From Bacteroidota bacterium (lineage in GTDB: Bacteria > Bacteroidota > Bacteroidia > NS11-12g > UBA955), in NCBI GenBank assembly GCA_016868785.1, contig VGFS01000004.1:4050-68049 (forward strand): a stretch of 64,000 bases of DNA, given 5' to 3'. The notes under the pieces are model-generated. The model made no database searches and was not told where the DNA came from. It was given only the letters and a program-made list of their open reading frames with translations. Each line of letters starts with the position of its first letter. Position 1 is the first letter of the stretch. Shown here one piece after another: positions 8,646 through 18,267 of the stretch. Both the position numbers and the translations under genes were made by a program.

Positions 8646-9134
8646 TTACCAAATTTCTAGGGTTTCGAGTAGATCATTCCAAAGGTCGTAGTTTTTCATG
8701 CCCACAACCATTTCTTTTTCGCAGTTCAACGACAGGGCTTCAAGGTCCATCTGTTTGATGTCTTCTGCGGCCTGTGTTGATGGGTCCACGAGGGTTATTG
8801 TGACGGTGGGGTCGCTGTGAACCTTGGCAGTATCACCGTTTACTGTAATCCACTCAAAGGTGGGGTTTGTGAGGGTGGATTGCCAAAATGAAAGATCAGA
8901 CTCTGGGCATTCTATGGCGTCTACGGGTAGAATATCGCACCAGCTGATGGCCATGTCTTTGAGGTTGGCATCGTGCAATTCGAGGGTGAGTTTGGGTCCG
9001 GCACACCATCCAATGATTTCTTGCACTTGGGCCAATGGGATTTCTCCCACACGGAATCCAATCCATTCTGCCATGGCTGCCGCGGCGTAGCGGGCATCCG
9101 AGAGGTCTTGTATGTGATTAAACTTGAGTTTCAT
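8646..9134 (-). CDS. TrpF-like (phosphoribosylanthranilate isomerase-like) protein, short and degenerate
   Basis: N-terminus MKLKFNHIQDLSDARYAAAAMAEWIGF matches the Bacteroidota TrpF-like family; only 162 aa. Confidence 0.7.
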   Translation of the reverse strand: MKLKFNHIQDLSDARYAAAAMAEWIGFRVGEIPLAQVQEIIGWCAGPKLTLELHDANLKDMAISWCDILPVDAIECPESDLSFWQSTLTNPTFEWITVNGDTAKVHSDPTVTITLVDPSTQAAEDIKQMDLEALSLNCEKEMVVGMKNYDLWNDLLETLEIW

Positions 9135-9174
9135 TGCATAAAAAAGGGCTGCGTTTGCAGCCCTTAGATTGTTG

Positions 9175-10434
9175 TTATACCAATAATCGGTAGGGCTCTT
9201 CTAGGTATTCTTTGAGTGTTTTCAGGAACTGGGCTCCCATGGCACCATCGACAACGCGGTGGTCACAGCTTAGGGTAACCTTCATTGTTTTGACGGGTTT
9301 AATTTCACCATTTACTACACCCACGGTATCTTTCACCGTACCAACGGCCAAAATGCAGGCATCTGGGGGGTTGATGATGGCGGTAAACTCATCGATGCCA
9401 AACATGCCCAAATTGCTGATTGTAAAGGTATTGCCCGTCCAGTCTTGGGGCTGCAATTTCTTTTCTTTGGCTTTTTTGCCGTATTCTTTTACTTCAGCAC
9501 TGATTTGACTCAAGGATTTGTTGTCGGCAAATCTCACCACAGGCACGAGCAAACCATCTTCAACCGCCATGGCCACACCGATGTGGATGTGGTGGTTGTA
9601 ACGAATTTTGGTTCCAAGCCAGCTTGAGTTGATGTTTGGGTTTTTGCGCAAAGCGGCGGCTGCAGCTTTGATCACGATATCATTCATGGAGATTTTCACA
9701 TCGCTCACGGTGTTCATTTGCTCGCGGGCTTGTGTGGCTTTGTCCATGTTAATTTCGAGGGTAAGGTAGAAGTGTGGCGCAGAGAATTTGCTTTCGCCCA
9801 AACGAGCGGCGATGGTTTTGCGCATCTGCGATACATTCACTTCATGGAAACTTTCTGCACCTGCAGGGGCTGCTGAAACCGCAGTTGTTTTGGTTGCGGA
9901 TGGGGTGAAGGTTTCGATGTCTTTCTTTACGATTCTGCCATTTTCGCCACTGCCCTGAATTTGGGAAATGTCGATGCCCTTGTCTTCGGCCAATTTTTTG
10001 GCTAGCGGACTGGCTTTCAGGCGTTCGTCGCTGTTGTTTTTAACCGCGGGTGCGGGTGCAACAGGTGCTGCGGGTGTGGCAGGTGCTGATGGTGCTGCAG
10101 GGGTTGCCACGGGGGCGGCTTCTGCAACTGGAGTTGCTGGTGCTGCTGCTGGCGCTGCTGCTGGCGCTGATCCCATCAACGATTGAAAATCTTCACCGGG
10201 GTTTCCCACCACAGCGATGATGCTATCCACGGGGGTTGCATCGCCTTCGTTCAAAGCCAAGTGCAAGATGGTCCCTTTGGCGTAAACCTCCATGTCCATC
10301 GTGGCTTTGTCGGTTTCAACCTCCGCCAAAATATCTCCGCTTTTTACGGTATCACCTACTTTGTAGTTCCACTTAACGATGACACCTTCTGTCATGGTGT
10401 CGCTCATCTTGGGTAATCTAACAACTTCTGCCAT
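9175..10434 (-). CDS. pdhC: Pyruvate dehydrogenase E2, dihydrolipoamide acetyltransferase
   Basis: Lipoyl motif EVETDKA, Ala/Pro linker, E3-binding ASPLAKKLA and catalytic DHRVVDG; ATG 10434. Confidence 0.96.
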   Translation of the reverse strand: MAEVVRLPKMSDTMTEGVIVKWNYKVGDTVKSGDILAEVETDKATMDMEVYAKGTILHLALNEGDATPVDSIIAVVGNPGEDFQSLMGSAPAAAPAAAPATPVAEAAPVATPAAPSAPATPAAPVAPAPAVKNNSDERLKASPLAKKLAEDKGIDISQIQGSGENGRIVKKDIETFTPSATKTTAVSAAPAGAESFHEVNVSQMRKTIAARLGESKFSAPHFYLTLEINMDKATQAREQMNTVSDVKISMNDIVIKAAAAALRKNPNINSSWLGTKIRYNHHIHIGVAMAVEDGLLVPVVRFADNKSLSQISAEVKEYGKKAKEKKLQPQDWTGNTFTISNLGMFGIDEFTAIINPPDACILAVGTVKDTVGVVNGEIKPVKTMKVTLSCDHRVVDGAMGAQFLKTLKEYLEEPYRLLV

Positions 10435-10449
10435 AATCGTATTGACTTG

Positions 10450-10457
10450 CAAACTTA
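10450..10457 (-). promoter_or_regulatory. -7 element (TAAGTTTG) for pdhC
   Basis: Exact TAnnTTTG match 15 nt upstream of the ATG. Confidence 0.65.
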
Positions 10458-10656
10458 CATGTTTTTTGCCTCTGCAAGGTATTTTGCCCACTGATTTTAT
10501 CAATTCTTGTGGAGTTTTTTGGGGATTTTGGGTGGCGCAGCCCGTGGTAAGTGTCAAATTAACGCTTGTTTGAAGATTTTCATAGGCACATCTCCATTTG
10601 TTGAAATGTTTTGGAGAATATTATCGGCGGTTTCCGTTGGTTGTCATTGAATCAAC

Positions 10657-10664
10657 TAATTTTG
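10657..10664 (+). promoter_or_regulatory. -7 element (TAATTTTG) for thyA
   Basis: Exact TAnnTTTG match 18 nt upstream of the ATG at 10683. Confidence 0.6.
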
Positions 10665-10682
10665 TCCAACCTCCCAACAACC

Positions 10683-11485
10683 ATGAGCGCTGCATTTGTT
10701 TACGAAGATTTTTTACGCCACGTTTTGGCGCACGGCGACCACAAATCGGATCGAACGGGCACCGGAACTATTAGTGTTTTTGGTGGACAGTTGCGCTTCG
10801 ATTTACAAAAGGGGTTTCCGTTGATAACAACCAAAAGGTGCATTTGAAGAGCATCGTACATGAACTGCTTTGGTTTTTGAAAGGGGAGACGAACATCGCT
10901 TATCTGAAAGAACACGGCGTGAGCATTTGGGATGAGTGGGCTGATGAAGCCGGTAATTTGGGTCCTGTATATGGCAAACAGTGGCGTTCTTGGGAAGCGA
11001 AGGATGGATCGGTGATCGACCAAATTTCGGAGGCTTTGCATTTGATCAAAAACAGTCCCGACAGTCGTAGAATTTTGGTTAATGCCTGGAACGTGGGCGA
11101 AATCAAGCAAATGGCCTTGATGCCCTGCCACACCATGTTTCAGTTTTACGTGGCCAACGGCAAGTTGAGTTGTCAGTTGTATCAGCGCAGTGCCGATTTG
11201 TTTTTGGGTGTGCCGTTTAATATTGCCAGTTACGCGTTGTTGACTTTGATGATGGCGCAAGTATGTGGATTGCAGCCCGGTGATTTTGTACACACCTTTG
11301 GCGATGCCCATATATACAGCAATCACATGGATCAGGTGAATTTGCAATTATCGCGCGAACCCCGACCTTATCCCACCATGAAGTTGAATCCTGGGGTGAC
11401 CAACTTGTTCGATTTTACTTTCGAAGATTTCACCTTGGAGGGCTATGATCCGCATCCGGGTATCAAGGCTCCCGTGGCTATTTAA
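10683..11485 (+). pseudogene. thyA: Thymidylate synthase with a frameshift at 10833-10836 (real lesion or sequence error)
   Basis: 5' frame ([15 protein letters not shown]) stops at 10847. The 3' frame from 10838 continues [33 protein letters not shown]. Adding one A to the A4 run restores TTKKVHLKS. Confidence 0.85.
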
Positions 11486-11541
11486 CCGATTTGTTCGTCG
11501 AACAGTTATCTAGTAACATCCGAAATTCCTCGGTGGTTGCC

Positions 11542-11549
11542 TAAGTTTG
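11542..11549 (+). promoter_or_regulatory. -7 element (TAAGTTTG) for the TonB receptor gene
   Basis: Exact match 7 nt before the ATG at 11557. Confidence 0.65.
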
Positions 11550-11556
11550 CAGTCTT

Positions 11557-13962
11557 ATGATTGTTCGATTGTTAAGCAGACCTTTTTTCTTGGCGTTATC
11601 GCTTTGCGCGCTAAGTGCGGTTGAGGTTGAAGCACAAACGCCGTCACCCAAAGCCAGCATCAGTGGTTATTTGCGGGAAAAGAGCAGTGGCGAAATGTTG
11701 GGCAATGTGGTTGTTGCTGCGGCACCCAGTGCCAGCAGAACCCTCTCCAACAGTTACGGGTTTTACTCCATCACAATTCCAAAAGGACAAGCTCAGTGGG
11801 TGTATTTTCGGTTTCCCGGTTTTTACGCAGACAGCATTTACTGGACAGCCAAAGCGGATACCGCGGTAAACATCGAATTGTTGGCCATTCAAGTGGTGGA
11901 ATCGATGGGGGCGGTTGAAATCAAAGCAAAGAAAACCACCATTGCCGATCGGGCAGACATGAGCAGAATTGATATTCCTGTACAGCAAATCAAAGAGATT
12001 CCTGCTTTGTTGGGTGAAAAAGATGTGCTGAAAGTGATCCAGCTCATGCCAGGGGTGCAAAAGGGGGGTGAAGGACAGTCGGGCATCTACGTGCGTGGTG
12101 GGGGTCCAGACCAGAATTTGATTGTTTTAGACGAGGCCATTGTTTACAATGCGAGTCATTTGTTTGGGTTCTTTTCTCTTTTCAATGGCGATGCGTTGCG
12201 GAGTGTGGAGTTGGTGAAAGGGGGATTTCCTTCACGCTATGGCGGAAGGCTGTCGAGTGTGATTGACATGAACATGAAAGAGGGCAATTACAAAAAATTC
12301 GCGGGCGAAGTGGGTGTGGGTGTGATTAGTTCACGGGCAGTTTTTGAAGGTCCAATCGTAAAAGGGAAAAGTTCATTCATGATATCCGGGCGTCGAACGT
12401 ATTTGGATGCGTTGGTTCAGCCTTTGATCATGGCAAGTACCAATGGCGCCAATGCGGGTTATTACTTTTACGACATGAATGCCAAGGCCAACTACATCTT
12501 ATCGAATAAAGACAAATTGTATGTGTCGGGGTATTTCGGACGGGATAAATTTTACCTGAACGACAAACAAGCCAAATCGCAATTCAAAACCAATTTTGGA
12601 TGGGGGAATAAAACTCTCACCGGTCGGTGGAATCATCAGTACAATCCCAAGACTTTTGCCAACGCGGCGTTGATTTATAGTCATTACGACTTGAGCATCA
12701 ACATCCTTCAGAAAGAGAACGATAGCAGTCAGTTTGAGTTGGGTTATTCCAGCACCATCAACGATTATGGGTTGAAATATGACGTGGATTTCCGACCCAA
12801 CCCCAAGCACATGATCCGGGCGGGATTTTCAACGATCAATCACCAATTCAGTCCCAGCGCCATCGTGTTGAAGGTGGGTTCAAACTTCAATTTTAACCGC
12901 AAAATTAAAGTCATCAATACGTATGAAAGTGGGGTGTATGTGGAGGACCAATGGCGTGAAGGGGCGTGGAACTTCTATCCGGGTTTGCGTGTGAGTCATT
13001 ACGTGGTTGAAAACAAACAGGTAATCAACCCTGAGCCGCGTTTGAGTATGGCATACAACATCCGCAAAGATTTGGCGTTGAAGGCCAGTTATGCCTTGAT
13101 GAATCAATACATTCATTTGTTGAGCAGCACCGGTATTGGTTTGCCAACAGATTTGTGGGTTCCAGCGACGGCCAATGTGAAACCCATGCAAAGTCAGCAG
13201 TTGGCCACGGGCATCGCCAAGGATTTCAACAAAGGATTTTCGTTGAGTGTGGAAGGGTATTACAAAACCATGACCAATGTAATTACATACAAAGAGGGGG
13301 CTTCTTTTTTGTTGGGCGATGACTTCTTTAATCCCAATGTGTCTACGAATGATAAGGCATGGGAGAGTCAGGTTACAAGTGGTCTGGGCTGGAGTTATGG
13401 GGCGGAGGTGTTTTTGCAAAAACAGGTTGGAAAATTGAGCGGTTGGATTGGATATACATTGAGTTGGACCCAGTTGCAGTTTGATGAAGTGAATCAGGGC
13501 ATTAAATACTATGCAAAGTATGATCGTAGGCACGATGCTTCCATTGTGTGTATTTACCGATTGAGTAAATTGTTTACGGCATCGGCTACATGGGTATACG
13601 GAACTGGCAATGCCATTACCATGCCCCAAGGGTATTTGAGGGGGTCGGGTCATTACATGGGTTCTTTTCCAGAGGTGTGGGATGCGGCGAGTGGATTTTT
13701 CAACAACGAGTTGATTGATTACGGCAAGCGCAACAGTTTCAGGATGGAGGCCTACCATCGTTTGGATGTGGGACTGCAATTTAAAAAGGAAAAGAAACGG
13801 GGTATACAAACTTGGGAATTGAGTTTTTATAATGCCTACAATCGGTATAATCCCTTCTTTTATTATGGACGGTTGAACGATGCGGGTACAGTGCGGACCT
13901 TGAAAAAGGCTACGTTGTTCCCCATGATTCCGTCTTTGAGTTGGACCTATAAATTTCGTTAA
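11557..13962 (+). CDS. TonB-dependent receptor with an N-terminal carboxypeptidase-regulatory-like domain
   Basis: Plug motifs DVLKVIQLMPGV and YVRGGGPDQNL; beta-barrel ending in YKF. Confidence 0.93.
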   Translation: MIVRLLSRPFFLALSLCALSAVEVEAQTPSPKASISGYLREKSSGEMLGNVVVAAAPSASRTLSNSYGFYSITIPKGQAQWVYFRFPGFYADSIYWTAKADTAVNIELLAIQVVESMGAVEIKAKKTTIADRADMSRIDIPVQQIKEIPALLGEKDVLKVIQLMPGVQKGGEGQSGIYVRGGGPDQNLIVLDEAIVYNASHLFGFFSLFNGDALRSVELVKGGFPSRYGGRLSSVIDMNMKEGNYKKFAGEVGVGVISSRAVFEGPIVKGKSSFMISGRRTYLDALVQPLIMASTNGANAGYYFYDMNAKANYILSNKDKLYVSGYFGRDKFYLNDKQAKSQFKTNFGWGNKTLTGRWNHQYNPKTFANAALIYSHYDLSINILQKENDSSQFELGYSSTINDYGLKYDVDFRPNPKHMIRAGFSTINHQFSPSAIVLKVGSNFNFNRKIKVINTYESGVYVEDQWREGAWNFYPGLRVSHYVVENKQVINPEPRLSMAYNIRKDLALKASYALMNQYIHLLSSTGIGLPTDLWVPATANVKPMQSQQLATGIAKDFNKGFSLSVEGYYKTMTNVITYKEGASFLLGDDFFNPNVSTNDKAWESQVTSGLGWSYGAEVFLQKQVGKLSGWIGYTLSWTQLQFDEVNQGIKYYAKYDRRHDASIVCIYRLSKLFTASATWVYGTGNAITMPQGYLRGSGHYMGSFPEVWDAASGFFNNELIDYGKRNSFRMEAYHRLDVGLQFKKEKKRGIQTWELSFYNAYNRYNPFFYYGRLNDAGTVRTLKKATLFPMIPSLSWTYKFR

Positions 13963-13970
13963 TCACAGTC

Positions 13971-14864
13971 ATGAAAAATCATATATTGCGTTGGATCGGT
14001 GTTTTGTTTTTGGCTGTTGCGGCAACGGGTTGCTATGACCAGGATGCCACGGTGGATTTACCCACTTACAACAAGCGCACGGCAATCACATGTTATTTGT
14101 CGCCCAAAGACCAAAACATCACGGTAGAATTGGGTTACACAAAACCCTATTTTGGTCCTCAAGATTACGAGATTCCCCGAGTGGGAGATGCCAAAGTGAC
14201 TATTACTGATTTAACGGTTGGGAAATCGGTGCAATTGCCCTTTGACTCTTCTATCATGTTGTATCGCATTCGGGCTTTTGCTTTGCCCATTATGAACGAG
14301 CATGAATATCGGGTAGATGTTATTCTGAAAGATGGGTCTGCATTTTTTGCAAAAACCAGGGTACCACCGGCCTTGAAGGAAACGGATTTGGCCATTGGTC
14401 AACATCGCATAGGAAAATTGGAGGCCAACAATTGGGGCGGTCAGAGTGTGAATGTTGGGGTAGAGTTGAAGTCTGGGACAACCCGTAGCGGGTATTTTTA
14501 TTCGCCCAAATTTGACCTTGTCATGGAAGACGGGTTGGGGGATTTTTATGGCTCCACTTTGTATTTCAGCAACGAGGGCATTGCCGGGGGAAAAACGGCC
14601 GATACCCTGCGTTATTTTTTCAATGATCGGATATTCATGGACATGGGACCCGGGGGTGGAACGCCCACAGATCCGTTGACGTTGCGTGAGTGTACGGGTA
14701 CTTTTTGGGTAATGGATGTTGGATACAAAGAACGGTACCTGCGCGATTTGCAGGTTTCCGACAATCCTTTCGCTGAGCCCGTATTGTTGTATTCAAACTG
14801 GAGCAATGATGCGGTGGGTGCCTTGGGTTCATACGATTGGGTAGAAACATCGCTGACACCTTAA
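13971..14864 (+). CDS. DUF4249-like lipoprotein, partner of the TonB receptor
   Basis: Lipobox ATGC; C-terminal NPFAEPVLLYSN...GALG; typical position after this receptor class. Confidence 0.8.
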   Translation: MKNHILRWIGVLFLAVAATGCYDQDATVDLPTYNKRTAITCYLSPKDQNITVELGYTKPYFGPQDYEIPRVGDAKVTITDLTVGKSVQLPFDSSIMLYRIRAFALPIMNEHEYRVDVILKDGSAFFAKTRVPPALKETDLAIGQHRIGKLEANNWGGQSVNVGVELKSGTTRSGYFYSPKFDLVMEDGLGDFYGSTLYFSNEGIAGGKTADTLRYFFNDRIFMDMGPGGGTPTDPLTLRECTGTFWVMDVGYKERYLRDLQVSDNPFAEPVLLYSNWSNDAVGALGSYDWVETSLTP

Positions 14865-14970
14865 AGGATCACACCAAACTTCCCCTGGAGCGGTGGAGGA
14901 ATTCCACTATTGTAGTCATGTGGATTCATTGATTTGTCATTGGGCGATGGTTGGGTGATTTTCGTGAGGC

Positions 14971-16059
14971 ATGTTGGACGCATTTTTTACCCCCATTGAT
15001 GAGTCGGTTTGGGCCCCGCACCGCGACCGTAAAGAAACGGTTGGTGGCAAGTTGTTGGTGCATGGCAAGTCGTTTCCAAAACTCAAAAAAACCAAACTGG
15101 CGCTGATTGGCTCAGGCGCGGGTACAGATGCGTTTCGACATTCGTTTTATCGGTTACAATGGCGTTTTGGAGATGTTGTCATTGCTGACTTGGGCAATTT
15201 GGTGGAGACGGAAGACGAAAACCAGCGTCAATTTGCTTTGAGTGAGGCGATGGGTGAATTGCTGGGCATGGGCATTCATGTGGTGGTTGTGGGGGGTAGT
15301 GAAAGTTTAACGTATGGACATTACAAGGCCTACCGTCAGCACGACACACCCGTGGAAATTGTGCAGGTTACCCCCGGAATTGATATGGAAGAAGGCACTC
15401 CTTTGCGTTCTATTTTGGTTGAGAAGCCATCGAATTTGTTCAACATAGATTTTTTGGGAACACAGGCTTACTATATATCGGAAAGTACTGCGGCGTTGTT
15501 GGAGAAAATGTATTTCGAAAATCATCGTTTGGGAGAGGTTCGGGATGCCATTGAGGAAACGGAACCCATATTGCGAAGTGCGCACTTGTTGCAATTCGAT
15601 TTGAATGCCATCAGGAAATGCGATGCTCCATCCACCCAGCTGGGATCGCCCAATGGATTGTATGCTGAGGAGGCGGCGCGCATCGCCTGGTATGCCGGTA
15701 TTTCCAATCAATTGTCTTCGGCCTTTTTTTATGGTTTAAAACCCGAGTTTCAAGACGATGCTTCCACGGATTTGTTGGCGCAAATGGTTTGGTATTTTGT
15801 AGATGGATTTACCAGTCGATACCATGATCACCCTACCCTCGATTCTACAGAGTTTTTGATCTACAGAAATCGATTGAGTTCAACGGGTCATGAAATTGTG
15901 TTTTACAAGAGTCGCAAAAGCAACCGCTGGTGGATGGAAATTCCCCACCCTTACGACAAGCGAACCTTTTTCATTGGGTGTTCTTACAACGACTACGAGC
16001 AGGTTTGCGCCGATGAGATGCCCGATCGCTGGTGGCGCGCGTATCAGCGTTTGATGTGA
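14971..16059 (+). CDS. Arginase/formimidoylglutamase-family protein with degenerate metal motifs
   Basis: Motifs IADLGNL, VVVGGSESLTY and SPNGLYAEEA; Bacteroidota-type C-terminus FYKSRKSNRWWMEIP. Confidence 0.8.
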   Translation: MLDAFFTPIDESVWAPHRDRKETVGGKLLVHGKSFPKLKKTKLALIGSGAGTDAFRHSFYRLQWRFGDVVIADLGNLVETEDENQRQFALSEAMGELLGMGIHVVVVGGSESLTYGHYKAYRQHDTPVEIVQVTPGIDMEEGTPLRSILVEKPSNLFNIDFLGTQAYYISESTAALLEKMYFENHRLGEVRDAIEETEPILRSAHLLQFDLNAIRKCDAPSTQLGSPNGLYAEEAARIAWYAGISNQLSSAFFYGLKPEFQDDASTDLLAQMVWYFVDGFTSRYHDHPTLDSTEFLIYRNRLSSTGHEIVFYKSRKSNRWWMEIPHPYDKRTFFIGCSYNDYEQVCADEMPDRWWRAYQRLM

Positions 16060-16118
16060 TTTTCCTCGAATTGCTGAACCAATTGTGATTTATTGTGTTC
16101 TTCTCGGAGCAACAGCGT

Positions 16119-16126
16119 TAAATTTG
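16119..16126 (+). promoter_or_regulatory. -7 element (TAAATTTG)
   Basis: Exact match 8 nt before the ATG at 16135. Confidence 0.65.
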
Positions 16127-16134
16127 CACTCAAT

Positions 16135-17211
16135 ATGACAGAAGGATTTTTTCCCTTAACCGTAAAAAAATTGGTTCGTGAAACCGCGGACGCCACTACC
16201 TTGTATTTTGAAATCCCTGACAATCTGAAAGATACTTTTGCTTACACGGCTGGACAGTATCTCACGTTTGAGTTAGAATTGGCGGGTGAAAAAGTTCGTC
16301 GCTCATATTCATTGTGCACTTATGCGGGTGTGGATGCTATGCCTGCGGTGACGGTTAAGCGCGTTGATGGCGGTAAAATGAGTAATTACCTCAACGCCGA
16401 AATCAAAGAAGGCGACGTAGTGTCTGTGATGCCACCCATGGGAAAATTCACCGTGGTGCCTGATGCATCGCTTGCTGCGCACTATGTTTTGTTCGGTGGT
16501 GGAAGTGGAATTACTCCGGTGTTGGGTATTGCCAAAGCCGTTTTGGCTGATGAACCCAACAGCAAAGTAACCTTGGTATATGCCAACAGAAATTCAGAAT
16601 CTGTGATTTTCAAAGAGGTTTTGGCTGACATGGAAAAAGCCAGCAATGGTCGTTTCAAGGTACATCACAACTACGATACGGCGCCTATGACCTATTTTGG
16701 ATTGAGGGGTATGTTGAATGTAGACAAAGTGCAATCGATTGTAAAGTCGAAAATTGGTGGTTCTTTTGACCAATATCAATATTACATCTGCGGTCCAGGC
16801 CCTATGATGGAAGTAATCAAAGATGGTTTGCGTGGATTGGGTATCGCCAATGAACGGGTGAATACAGAGTATTTCTCAGCACCCACGAGCAAGAGTGCAG
16901 CCGACGAGAAACCCGCTCAGAGCACCGATTTTAACGGCGTTGCCCAAGTAACTTTAACCGTATACGGTAAAACGCATACCGTTACCTGTGACCAAAATAC
17001 CACCATTTTGAACGCGGCCATGAAGCAAGGCATTGATCCACCATACAGCTGTACGGTGGGTGTTTGTACTACTTGTCGCGCCAAAGTATTGGCGGGTAAG
17101 ATGCACATGCTCGAGCGTGAAGGATTAAGTGATGCGGAAATCGCCGAAGGATACGTACTAACGTGTCAGTCTGTACCCCGCAGCGCGGAAATCACCCTGA
17201 AATACGAATAA
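16135..17211 (+). CDS. PaaE-like FAD/NAD(P)H oxidoreductase with a C-terminal 2Fe-2S ferredoxin
   Basis: Motifs RRSYSLC, GGSGITP, YICGPGPM and PPYSCTVGVCTTCRA...LTCQ. Confidence 0.92.
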   Translation: MTEGFFPLTVKKLVRETADATTLYFEIPDNLKDTFAYTAGQYLTFELELAGEKVRRSYSLCTYAGVDAMPAVTVKRVDGGKMSNYLNAEIKEGDVVSVMPPMGKFTVVPDASLAAHYVLFGGGSGITPVLGIAKAVLADEPNSKVTLVYANRNSESVIFKEVLADMEKASNGRFKVHHNYDTAPMTYFGLRGMLNVDKVQSIVKSKIGGSFDQYQYYICGPGPMMEVIKDGLRGLGIANERVNTEYFSAPTSKSAADEKPAQSTDFNGVAQVTLTVYGKTHTVTCDQNTTILNAAMKQGIDPPYSCTVGVCTTCRAKVLAGKMHMLEREGLSDAEIAEGYVLTCQSVPRSAEITLKYE

Positions 17212-17212
17212 T

Positions 17213-18259
17213 TCATTCGTCGTCGGACTCCAACGCAGGGGCGGCTTGGGTGTATTTTCTAATTTTATTGAGGACGGTACTGAAGTCTTCGGGCAGTTCG
17301 CTGCTGAAGAACATGTTTTCGCCCGTTGTGGGATGAACAAAGCCCAATTCTTTGGCATGGAGGGCTTGCCTTGGCATGATATCGAAACAATTTTCGATGA
17401 AAGGTTTGAATTTTGGCAGGGCGGAACCTTTTCTTATTTCAGATCCACCGTACAGTTCATCGGAAAAAAGAGGGTGTTTGATGCTTGAAAAGTGTGCGCG
17501 AATTTGGTGGGTTCGTCCCGTTTCCAGCTCACACTGCACCAACGACGCGAAATAAAAATTATCCAGTGTGGTGTAGTGGCTAATGGCCAATTTTCCTTCT
17601 TCCTCGCTCTCGAAACATTTTGAACGTCTACGGTCGGCTGGATCTCGGTTGAGGTAGCTGCGTATGGTGCCATCTTTGGGTTTGGGTTCGCCCCAGACCA
17701 GGGCCCAATAGCGGCGGTGGATGCTGTGATCGAAGAATTGTTTTCCCAAATGTGATAGAGCGAAGTCGGTTTTGCCAATAACCAATAACCCTGAGGTGTC
17801 TTTGTCGATGCGATGCACCAACCCTGGTCTGTGGTATTGGTCTTTGGTTGGCAATTGTCCGAAGTGATAAACGAGTGCATTGACTAGGGTGCCGGAGTAG
17901 TTATTGTGTCCGGGATGCACCACCATGCCGGCTACTTTGTTTACCACGAGTAGGTCATCGTCTTCGTAGATGATGTTCAGGGGGATGTTTTCGGGGTAAA
18001 CTTCGGTATCTCTTGGGGCGGTGGGCAGCAGCACACGAACGTGATCGTTCGGTTTGATTTTGTAGTTGCTTTTTGTGGGTTTGTCGTTTACGACCACTGC
18101 GCCAGACTCGATGCCTGCTTGTATTTTAGACCGACTGGCATTGGCAATTTTTTGCATCAACCATTTGTCGACGCGCATTTGCTCTTGACCTGGATCAGCG
18201 GTAAACGCGTAGTGTTCGTACAATCCTTCGTCGAGGATTTCTTCTTCTGCTAAACTCAC
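17213..18259 (-). CDS. rluD: RluA-family 23S rRNA pseudouridine synthase, RluD-like
   Basis: S4 domain plus motifs VVHPGHNNYSGTLVN, HRIDKDTSG, LETGRTHQIR and RQALHA. Confidence 0.9.
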   Translation of the reverse strand: MSLAEEEILDEGLYEHYAFTADPGQEQMRVDKWLMQKIANASRSKIQAGIESGAVVVNDKPTKSNYKIKPNDHVRVLLPTAPRDTEVYPENIPLNIIYEDDDLLVVNKVAGMVVHPGHNNYSGTLVNALVYHFGQLPTKDQYHRPGLVHRIDKDTSGLLVIGKTDFALSHLGKQFFDHSIHRRYWALVWGEPKPKDGTIRSYLNRDPADRRRSKCFESEEEGKLAISHYTTLDNFYFASLVQCELETGRTHQIRAHFSSIKHPLFSDELYGGSEIRKGSALPKFKPFIENCFDIMPRQALHAKELGFVHPTTGENMFFSSELPEDFSTVLNKIRKYTQAAPALESDDE

Positions 18260-18267
18260 ACTGCAAA

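Noticed and set aside
10070-10170. GCT/GCA-rich repeats
   Set aside because: Normal Ala/Pro linker of PDH E2
10825-10850. Programmed frameshifting as the explanation for split thyA
   Set aside because: No canonical slippery heptamer, and the A4 run is too short for slippage
14865-14970. Weak hairpins upstream of the arginase-like gene, considered as a riboswitch
   Set aside because: No conserved riboswitch core and only short stems
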